DNA of 64,000 nucleotides from Eledone cirrhosa (Eukaryota): NCBI GenBank assembly GCA_964016885.1, contig OZ024741.1, positions 358,546,001 to 358,610,000 of the forward strand, read 5' to 3'. Shown piece by piece: positions 12,592 to 22,239 of this stretch (position 1 is its first letter; each line of letters starts with the position of its first letter). The notes under the pieces were generated by a model. It saw only the letters and a program-made list of their open reading frames with translations, ran no database searches and was not told where the DNA came from. The position numbers and the translations under genes were made by a program.

Positions 12592-13193
12592 ATCATCATC
12601 ATCATCATCATCAACGTTTAACGTCCGTGTTCCACGCTTGCATGGGTTTGGACGGGGTTTTCCCACTTGAGGCAAGAGTGATTGTTTTGCTCGCATAGGA
12701 CTGTCTGGCGGGTTTTCTACAGCTGGATGCCCTTCCTAACACCAACCACATTTACAGTGTGGGGCTGGGTGGTTTTTACCGTGTTGCCTACACGGCCACA
12801 TTACAGCGTGGACTGTCTGGCAGGTTTTCTACAGCTGGATGCCCTTCCTAACACCAACCACATTTACAGTGTGGGGCTGGGAGCTTTTTACCGTGTTGCC
12901 TACACGGCCACATTACAGCATGGACTGTGTGTTTTTTTTGTCGTGACACCTACACGATCTCATTTGTTTTGGCCTGGATCAACATAACTTTACATTGAAG
13001 GGGTGGTGTGGATGGGGTGGGGGGTGGGGGTATTTTGTTAGAGATGCCTACTGGCTGTAGTAGGTTTTACTTTGTATTTAGGTAAGGCGGGTCTTCTCTA
13101 TTACTGAGTACCGCCAAAGGTCTCGGTCCAGTGACATTGTCTTGGTGAGGTGTAAATGTGTGAGGTCAGAATTTATCAGCTCGTCCCAGGTCA
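12592..13193 (-). mobile_element. RTE 3'-end fragment (ORF terminus, 3' UTR, GAT tail)
   Basis: Highly similar to 49165-49675; (CAT)n at 12593-12612; has an internal ~110-bp tandem duplication. Confidence 0.92.
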
Positions 13194-13699
13194 ATAGAAA
13201 CTCGCAAATGACATATATATAAATATATACTTGGAGTAAATTGTTTTTCTATGAAAGATATTCATATTGAAGTTAATATTCTCACCAGTAAAGCATCATC
13301 TATGGTTTTGTAACCTAGTCTACATTAGGTTCAATACAGTTCTGTTTTTGTATTATATTTTACTCCAGATTTTGCTAGTAAGTTTATTATCTACTACATT
13401 ACTTATAATCTTCATATTCTTCCCTATCATTTTAATCCAGCAATTCATTCTCTCTAACATATCAATGCTGCATTCAAAGAAGTTATAAATAATTTTATAA
13501 GGACTACATGACTTCATAAACTTGGGAAACAGCTAGTTCTTTCCTTACAGAAGTCAATGTTTTAACACTTGAATAACTATCTCTAAAGTGTCTTTGTAGT
13601 AGAATGACTGTCTGATCAGTTTGTCCTTCTACTAGATGACCCTTCTTTTCACGAGTGTTTCTTTTAATGAAATTGAAACAGAAATGTACAAGATAGTGT

Positions 13700-13920
13700 C
13701 ATCATCCTCATCACTGTTTAGCGTCCATTTTTCCATGTTAGCATAGGCTAGACGAGTTGTCCCTTTGAAATGACTGTGTCTTGCTCAATCAGAACTGATT
13801 TTGGGTTGGTTTCTACAGCTGGATGCCCTTCTTAATGCCAACCACATTTATAGTGTGTACTGTGTGCTTTTTGTCATGACACCTACACAACCACTTTACA
13901 GTGGGGGCAGGGAACTTTTT
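13700..13920 (-). mobile_element. RTE 3'-UTR/tail-derived repeat
   Basis: catcatcctcatca...tttctacagctggatgcccttcttaatgccaaccacattta...ccactttacagtg matches the RTE tail module. Confidence 0.8.
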
Positions 13921-14012
13921 GACATGTCAAGTATCTAAAATAATCAAAAATGATTTCTTTCTTTTCAATCTTCAGATAACTAATTATTCTAAATACTTCA
14001 TATTTTTTTCAG

Positions 14013-14077
14013 AGGAAATAGTGCTTACTCACTTTCCACACCATATAAATCATGTGACGGTCCTACATCTCTGATTG
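14013..14077 (+). CDS. CAP/CRISP-family gene, exon C (GN...PY linker)
   Basis: Acceptor tttttttcag|A and donor G|gtgagt. Phase 2 in, phase 1 out. Gives GNSAYSLSTPYKSCDGPTSLI, completing CNYGPGGN...PY. Confidence 0.9.
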
Positions 14078-14364
14078 GTGAGTAAATAGCTTTATTATAT
14101 ACACTCTTTAACCTTCAATAAGAAACATATAAACTAGATATAAACTCCTTCATTTTCTTGTAAACTAGATATTGAGTGCTATATGAAAACATGAAATAAG
14201 CAGTTGTGTAGTCAGACCAAATCATGATGTCATGGCTTCATTTTCTAGTTTTTTTTTATTGTTGATACTTGTAAATGCATCATGTACAACAGATATTCAT
14301 GAATACACCAGTAACCCATACATAATTTATATCTATCTAGCATTGATTGCTAAAATACTTTGAG

Positions 14365-14600
14365 CCTTTCACATCAGGCATGGTCCTATTGCTAGCTTGA
14401 AGGGCCTACATTTGACATCAAGCCTGGTCCTATTGTCAGCTTAAAGAGCCTACATTTCACATCAGGACAGGGCCGATTGCCAGTTTGAAGGGCCTACGTT
14501 TCACATCATGCCAGAGCCTATTGCCAGTTTTGGGTTACCCTACATTTCCCATCAGGCCAGAGCCTATTGCCAGTTTTGGCCTAGCCTACATTTCCCATGA
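14365..14600. repeat. Minisatellite, 44-46 bp unit, about 5 copies
   Basis: cctacatttcacatcagg...cctattgccagttt recurs, with unit starts at 14405, 14449, 14493, 14539 and 14585. Confidence 0.9.
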
Positions 14601-14827
14601 CTCATCAATCCTCCCCAGCTCCAGCAAATAATATATATATATACATATATATATATATAAATATAATTATTGTGTACAGTGCTCAGGTCCTCTGTTCATA
14701 CACCTTTGGTCATTTTTGTTTACTATATTTTCTTCAGTAATTCACTATAACTAAAACATGCACGTAATTTCTTACATAATTTAATAATATTAAAGCTTAA
14801 CAACTATGATGTATTATTTTCTTTCAG

Positions 14828-14929
14828 ATTGTGGTAGGAAGGTTTGTCAAAATGGAGGTTCAAGGATTGAAGGTAGCTGTGATTGTAAATGCAAAAGTAA
14901 TAATGTCTATCATGGACTACAATGTTCAA
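14828..14929 (+). CDS. CAP/CRISP-family gene, exon D (EGF-like domain)
   Basis: Acceptor ttttctttcag|AT and donor A|gtaaat. Phase 1-1 exon of 102 bp. DCGRKVCQNGGSRIEGSCDCKCKSNNVYHGLQCS has six Cys with CxNGG and G-x-x-C. Confidence 0.9.
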
Positions 14930-15450
14930 GTAAATATATTTGTATCATTAATTTTTGTAACCACTTCTTTGTCATATTTCTAAGAAAATACACTGTATTT
15001 CAATTAATTAATGAAGAATTTAAAAATAGGTGTTTGTTTCATAGAATTAGAAGTTTTGGACAGAATTGTATCAAAAGAGTTCAAAAACCAAATAAGATCA
15101 CTTTTGGTTTTTAAATTTTCTTTGTTAATATAACTAATAATAATTAAACATATTGTACCTCGATCCATGTATGCCTTTATTATGAACCACACTGTGTTAG
15201 TGCTGATACAAAGAAATACTAGCCTGTCAAACTTGCATTATATGTAAATAAGCTTTCAATGAGAATATTTTTTTTATAAAATCTATAAAAGTTTATTGTC
15301 TTTACTTTCATACCATGGCATCTTCACCTAAGAGAGTGCTGACAAAGAGTAACAACTTTGAAACCTCTTATATGTATACTGAGGTCGCTGTGACATGATT
15401 ACAACTTAAAATATGGCGAGACTAAATGCATATTTATTATACATAAACAT

Positions 15451-15795
15451 GGAGGCACATGGCTTAGTGGTTAGAGCATTGGCCTTGCAATTGAAAGGTT
15501 GTGAGTTCAATTCTCAGACTGGGTGATGTGTTGTTTCCTTGAACAAGACACTTTATTTCACATTGCTCCAGTTTACTCAGCTGTAGAAATGAGATGATAG
15601 GGACTGAGATCCATATCATTCCACTGTAAAGTGGTCGTGGAGGTGCCACAGCAAAAAAAGCACCCAGCACTCACTGTAAATGAGGTTGGTGTTAGGAAGG
15701 GCATCCAGCTGTAGAAATCAAGCCAGAATCAGTTCCCGTCCGACCCTTGCAAGCAGGGAAAAAGCGGACGTAAAATGAAATGATGATGAATGATG
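15451..15795 (+). mobile_element. tRNA-headed SINE with RTE-derived 3' tail
   Basis: A box tggcttagtggtt, B box gagttcaattct, body tccttgaacaagacactt. Then gtggtcgtggaggtgccac...ggaagggcatccagctgtagaaatcaagcc...ggacgtaaaatg(atg), shared with the RTE 3' UTR (5460-5727). Confidence 0.9.
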
Positions 15796-16115
15796 AAACA
15801 TATTGTATGTGTTCATATACACCTTTATTCTGAATCACACTGTATTAATGTTGTAGTGAAATTAGGGATACACCAAACAGGCAAAAACTATTAATCAATC
15901 CAAAGCAGGGTTCATCAATAACAAAATGAAGAACTGCATGAAATAATATCCTATTTTATATTTAACTACAATATTCTACAGTGCTGTCTCTAAATAATTA
16001 ATAATTATATAAATAATAAATAATCAAATTAATATTATAATAAACCTAAGATTTTGTATTCTATATATGGTTTGTTCCTTATTATGCATCCTATCTAAAT
16101 TCTTGTATTTTACAG

Positions 16116-16232
16116 TGAACTGTACTAGTGATGGAGATAAATGGTATTGTAAGAGCTACTACAAACCAGAATATTGTGCTAAATACTCCAATGTTCCATT
16201 CTTGTGTCCTATTATGTGTAAAATATGTCCAT
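16116..16232 (+). CDS. CAP/CRISP-family gene, exon E (ShKT-like six-cysteine domain)
   Basis: Acceptor tattttacag|TG and donor T|gtaagt. Phase 1-1 exon of 117 bp. MNCTSDGDKWYCKSYYKPEYCAKYSNVPFLCPIMCKICP ends in the ShKT-type CPxxCxxC pattern. Confidence 0.9.
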
Positions 16233-16631
16233 GTAAGTAATTTGTATGTTTATGTCATGTTGTTTATTTCTTCACTGATAACATTTAATGAGATTTTCTA
16301 ACTGAAAAGCTTCATGTTATTAGGTCGATAAATATGTTTTATAAAATAGTTGGTAGCTTAGAACCAGGTGCATAGAGATATTTAGCTGTAGGTCAATACA
16401 GAGAGGTAGAAATAAATAGCCAGAGGTAGGTATATAAGTAGATAGATACATAGATATTTGGTAGGCTGCAATATGTTAGCATAAAAACACATTTATAGCA
16501 TACACTATAATTGTGTATGTGCGTGTGAATCACCATCATCATCATCATTTAACGTCCATTTTTCACGCAAGTATGGTTAGAACTATATATATATATATAT
16601 ATATATATGCATGTATGTATGTATATGTAAG

Positions 16632-16935
16632 AATGTAGCTTAGTGGTTAGAAAGTTGCTTTCATAATTGTGATGCGAGTTTAATTCACGGACTGGCTGAT
16701 GCATTGTGTCCTTGAGCAAGAGACTTTACTTCACATTGCTCCAATTCACTTTGTTGTAACAATGAGATGTGATGCCATTGGCACCAAGTTGTATCAGCTT
16801 TTGCCTTTGGATTATATCAGTAGCGTGGAGAGGGGACACTGGTATGCATGGGCAACTGCTGGTCTTCCACAAGAGCACCTTGCCTGAGGGGACCATTATA
16901 GGTGCAAAACCTATGGTCATTTGTAACTGAAAGTG
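16632..16935 (+). mobile_element. tRNA-derived SINE (related head, different 3' part)
   Basis: tagcttagtggttaga...gagttttaattc...tgtgtccttgagcaagagacttt matches the head and body at 15451. Confidence 0.75.
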
Positions 16936-17017
16936 ATCTATATATATATATGTAAACATAACCACACTGGTATGTAATATTTTTGTACATAATGTCATAT
17001 TTAAGACATATCTTATG

Positions 17018-17077
17018 TAATTCTGATGAGCCCTAATATTAAACTCTGATTATTAAGGATGAAACGTATGTAAATTA
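17018..17077 (+). ncRNA. Candidate minimal type-I hammerhead ribozyme motif (Penelope-like type), partly decayed
   Basis: taatt-CTGATGA-[gccctaata...tattaaggat]-GAAA-cgtatg-TA-aatta: intact core, 5-bp stem I, imperfect stem II, and a minimal near-palindromic stem III. Confidence 0.6.
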
Positions 17078-17999
17078 AAATGTGATATAGTTAGCAATGT
17101 GTGGCTTATTTATCAATGTATTCATTGCTCTATGTGAATTCATAATCATTCATAGCAGGATTTCATACTTTTCTATAAAATTGTATGTAGCCTCAAAAAT
17201 ACTGTATTTTTTAGCTGTATAACTTCTTCACCTATAATTATTTGCTTTTGTATTTGAAATCATATTACTTTATACTATATATATATATATGTATGTATAT
17301 GATCACTACATCATGCCTCATAGGTAGATAGTACCTTGATGTAGTGATCATGATAGCCAAAGTTGTGGGTTTGTGTCCCATGTATGTCAATGCTCATCCT
17401 TTTTCCAATCTGGGTTTTTTTATAACTCCAACTATTAGGCTAATTTACTTAGTCAAAAATACGGCAGAAGCTCTATTTCATAATCTAATTTTCAAATTTG
17501 TAAACAAACCTAATTTTCAAAATAATGCTAAGCTCTGTATCTTGTATGTATATATATATATCATCAATACATCTGTTTTTCCACACTTGCATGGGTTGGA
17601 TGGGTCCTTTTCAGCATCTCTCCACTTGCTGCATTCCTTCATATCCTCTGTGAATCTCAGCGATTTGAGGTCAGCTCTCACCACTTCTGCCTATTTTATC
17701 TCTACCAGTTCTTCAATGCAAGTGTGGAACAACGGACATAAATGATGATGATCACACACATACACACAATTAAAAGAATATTATCAAGATGTGTCAAAGC
17801 ATGCCGGTGAAAATATCAATATTTGTAGTTCACAGAGTGCACAATATTTGAAAAGGTGTAATAGCTGTGTGTTTAATCCTTTAGCATTTAAACCGGCCAG
17901 AATTCTTTCACCTTTTTCTGTTCAAACTGGCTGTAACTAGCCGCTTATACTGATGTTAAGGTACCACATGTCACTTTGGATAGGTCTCTTCTACTATTG

Positions 18000-18920
18000 T
18001 GTGTTGACTGGGATTTTACAGTTGCTGGATGCCCTTCCTAACACCAACTGCATTTACAGGGTGGATCTGGGTGGCACTGTTATGGGGAGAGACTGGCCAG
18101 TTGGCTGTGCCATACACTGCTCACAGCAGAACCGTATTTTGGGAGCTGCGTGGTGTCATAATGAGGGAGGTCTAGCCAGTTGGCCGCGCCCATGTCTTGC
18201 TTACAGTGGGGCTGTGTTTAGGCTGGATTATTACAACTGCCCTTCCTACTGCCAACTATGTTTACAATGTGGAACTGGGTTGCACTGTTGTGAGACAAGT
18301 CTGGCCAGTTCATCATGCTGTACCTTGGTTATGTGGGACTCATGATTTAACATGTTTTCCCTGCTAGTAAGGGTTGGATGAGTTGTCACAGACTGAGTCA
18401 GTATTTAAGTGGTGCTACTGACCTCTCAGACATGCCAGGGGTCTGCACCTTCCTTACATATAGTCCCATGTCCTACTGAGTTCATTTCATCATAACATCA
18501 ACACTAGAAAAGTTTGTCATGCCTTTAACACAACTGAAGTTTCCTCCCAACTCTTTGTTTGGCAAGCTTTCTATGGCTGGATTCCTTTCCTATTACCAAC
18601 CACTTTACAGCATGTACTTGGTGTGTTTATTGTGTAAATCACCAACACGAGGGAGATTGTCACATCCCTGACAACTGAAGGGTCCTTCCAACCCAATTTT
18701 TGGCAAGCTTTCTTATCACTAACCACTTTACAGCATGTACTGGATGCAGTTATCATGCAGATCATGAACACTAGAGAGGTTGTCATGGAGTTGACACAAC
18801 TGAAAGATCTCAACTCTTTTTGACCTGGTTTCTATGGTGAGGTCCCCTTCCTATCACCAACCACCTTACAATGTGTACTGGGTACATTTCCATGGCACCA
18901 ACACTAGAGAGGTTGTTGTT
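18000..18920 (-). repeat. Tandemly iterated, diverged RTE-tail modules
   Basis: Repeated motifs (ctggatgcccttcctaacaccaac, accaaccactttacagcatgtact, caacactagagaggttgt) recur at roughly 120-135 bp spacing in 18490-18920. Confidence 0.7.
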
Positions 18921-19214
18921 TATTATCCCTAGTGAAGAGCCCACTCTGCTGTGGGGAGGGGTAGAAGATAGGTATGATGTTATGGATATAGAGAAAGTGT
19001 GGTGAGATTTGACAGGGTCATGAATAGGAGAGAAACAGTGTAAGTCAAGTAATCACAGGTGTGCCTGGTGTTTTTTGTTTTTTTTAAGTGGATGTGTAGT
19101 GATAGAGAGAATAGCTGAGAGGTAATAGTAGTGGGGATGTTGATGGGGTAGTTGATAAATCAGTTATTATGAAATGATAAGTTGTTTTGCTTTATATATG
19201 TTTTTATCTTCCAG

Positions 19215-19265
19215 ATGTTAACATGGTTTCTGGGAAGACTACAGTACCAACAAACACAACTTCTG
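19215..19265 (+). CDS. CAP/CRISP-family gene, probable exon F (Thr-rich tail)
   Basis: Acceptor tttttatcttccag|AT and donor G|gtaatt. Phase 1-1 exon of 51 bp, open: YVNMVSGKTTVPTNTTS. There is no domain motif, so support is splice signals and phase only. Confidence 0.7.
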
Positions 19266-20466
19266 GTAATTAACTTAAACGTTTTATTGGCTCAAATATT
19301 CACAATGTAATTTCGCCTGAATAAAATCAAATCATGGTTTCAAATCCTAATCTGTTTGATGATTTGTATTTTTGAAATCTTTATTGTTTATTTATTCATT
19401 TTGTGGTTTTAAATCTATTTTTTCATCTAGTGTGGGTTAGCTGGATTTTGGACTATCTTATTATTATTCATTACTGAACCATAAAGTATTTGTGGAACCT
19501 GTTTGTTAGTCAGATATACTGAAACCATAACTAGAGGCACGAAACAGTAACTGTACAATTTTAGTAAGGTTTGAACTTACAGTCTTATGCTATTAAGTTC
19601 ATAACCATTTAGCGTTCATAATTTTATTTTAACCTTTTCATTGATATGTTTCTAATGACAGATACTGTCAATGATTTTCAAATGATTTTTAAAATAATCA
19701 AGAATTTGAAGAGTTTTAGCAATATGACTAACATTCTCATTATTTAGGTTGTGTTTGGAGCATAGTTAAACAAAAGTTCTTACTTAAAATATTTCTAGAT
19801 AAATTTAAACACTTTAAAACAAATAGTTTTGTATTGTAGAATCAGTGGAAATTTCAGGCAGTTTGGTATCAAAAGAGTTAAATTATAATAAATATAATAT
19901 TTCAATAGTAATTATCATAATAAATTAAGATTCACATCTTACACTTTCCCCCCTCTTTCTTTATTCTTACCTTCTTTCTCTTTTATTATTACTCTCTCTC
20001 TTGAAAATTTCTTTTATTACTTAGTTGGGAGGAAGGGCAGTGTCCCCATTACTCTTTGAAAGGTCATCTAAAACTGTTGAAAAGGAGAAAACAAAGTATC
20101 CTCAAGCCAGGAACATGCCCTGTATGTTTGAAACAGAGTGTCCTCTGCTAAAGGCATCCAAGGACCAAAATTGCAGTGTTAAACTGGGTGAAGAATTAAG
20201 AATTAAGGATTTGAATTCAGAATGCAAAGATCTGGAGCAAATACCAGAATACAGAGTAGCTAATGTTTTAGCAATTTCCCCAGTCCTACCCTAAACATGT
20301 ACTTTATTTAGCAAGATGAAAGGAAAAGTTGGCATTGGTGGAATTTGAACTCAAAATGTAAGAAGACAAAATATATAGCACACTAACATTTCTTCCAATT
20401 CGCCACTTGTATTGATCTCTCCATTTTTCTGGGGTTTTTTCAATTTTCTATTTCTCCTCATCTCAG

Positions 20467-20495
20467 ATTCTATCCCACCCAAACCAACCACCTAG
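20467..20495 (+). CDS. CAP/CRISP-family gene, candidate terminal coding exon (DSIPPKPTT*)
   Basis: Long pyrimidine tract ttttctatttctcctcatctcag|AT. Phase 1 compatible, continues the Pro/Thr-rich tail and ends in TAG. An AATAAA lies at 21201. Other acceptors (e.g. near 20024) are possible. Confidence 0.45.
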
Positions 20496-21495
20496 TTGAA
20501 ATTTTTTAGCAATTTATTTCATATAAATTTTGTTTCTTTTTATCTCAAGTTTTCTCGACATCTAAGAAACTCACTTCCTTAAGAGATACTACTACTTCTA
20601 CTGTTACTACACATATTGTTCCAAATACGACTACTACTATTATGTTGTTTACTCAGGTAAGATGTTTCATGAAGCTATACCCAGAATATACCAAAAGCTT
20701 TAACAAATTGTTTTATCTGATGTTGATTTACCAAAACATTTCACTTAATATTTGCAACCATATATCTAAATACATTAACAAAATTCTATGATTATCCAAA
20801 TGATTAAACTAATCTTTAGTGTGTCATCATCATCACCATCACCATCATTTTGCAACACTGTTTTCCATGCCAACATGGTTATCATGCTCTGAGTCAGTTC
20901 TTATTACAAGTCACTGGCCACTTAGAGGAGCCAGTAACCACATCTTACATATGTTTCAGTTTGATCTGGTTTCTGCTGTTGGATAACTTTACTAACAACA
21001 ACCACTTAACAAGAGTGTACTGGGTGATGTTATCATTGCACCAACAATAGAGAGGTTGTTATGTCTTCAACATGGCTAAAGTGTCCTGCTATCATATATT
21101 GTCTCCATTTGATCCTTAGCCATATTACAGAGTATGAATATTTTATAATATAACTTATAGAGTATATTGACAGTATATCTATCTACACAGAGTAGATAGA
21201 AATAAACCGATACGAGTACCTATATTAGACAAGGCGAAATGTTAGGATTTCGAAGAGAGTAGATGACATCGTAGAGACAGCGAAATGATAAATACAACAA
21301 TAATAATAATGTAAGAGAGAGGAATGGAGTAGATGACTTCGTAGAGAGACAGTCATAATGACAGCATGGGAAAAAAAAACGAGGGTAAAAAAATAAATAT
21401 GTGTTGTGGAGGCTAGTGAAATGATAAATACAACAATAATACTAATAATAGTGTGAGCAGAACATTTGCAATTGGGAAATAGAGGGATACCTGGA

Positions 21496-21497
<2 letters not shown>

Positions 21498-21543
<46 letters not shown>
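21498..21543. repeat. (TA)n microsatellite
   Basis: Direct reading of the sequence. Confidence 0.95.
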
Positions 21544-21546
<3 letters not shown>

Positions 21547-22239
21547 CTAGAGAGTACACACCTACAACAAACTCTTAATAGTGTATTTTTTTTATCCTGC
21601 AAAGTTGTTGGATTATGGAGGGCATCCGGCTAGAGAAACTATATCAAAATATGGAACATGTGAGCAAGATGTGATTCTCTGACACATCTAGCCTCAAGCT
21701 GTAATGAACCATTCAACTCATGCCAAAATGAAAAGCAGATATCACCATGGTGATGATGAGAAGATGAGACTATTATTCTAAAGAAATTAATCATATTCTA
21801 TAATTGTTATAGCCAAGCTTACTACTGTAGTATAGGAGTAGATTGAAGTTTACTACCAGAAAATAGTTAATATAATCAACTTTACTTTCAAACTATAAAA
21901 GTAGGTTGAAGCTTACTACCATACTATAAAAGTATATTGAAGCGTAGTATAAAAAATTAGAGTATATATCAGAATACTAACTTACTATACAGCATTACGA
22001 TTATAAATAACTTCTCGCTACGTTAACTGAATCAAATATGACAATAGTACAATAACTGAGTGAAAATTTAATTAACATAGAATATTAATTGAGTGAAGCT
22101 TAACTACCATATTAACAGAGTGCCATACTTAATTGATCAAGTGAATATTAACAACACTACTATACTAACTAAATGAAACTTAGTACTATAATATAGTAAC
22201 TGGGACCCACAATTACACTACACTGAATAAAGTAAAAGA

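Noticed and set aside
14930-15114. C-terminal part of ORF 14806-15114
   Set aside because: Read-through into the intron after the donor at 14929/14930; the same applies to the ends of ORF 731-925.
15451-15525. tRNA gene (also at 48085 and 10809)
   Set aside because: A and B boxes are present but no convincing cloverleaf, and each continues into a repeated SINE body.
20025-20294. 89-aa ORF as a further exon of the CAP gene
   Set aside because: Joining in phase 1 at the nearby AG uses a different frame that stops after about 11 codons, and the ORF has no recognisable domain.
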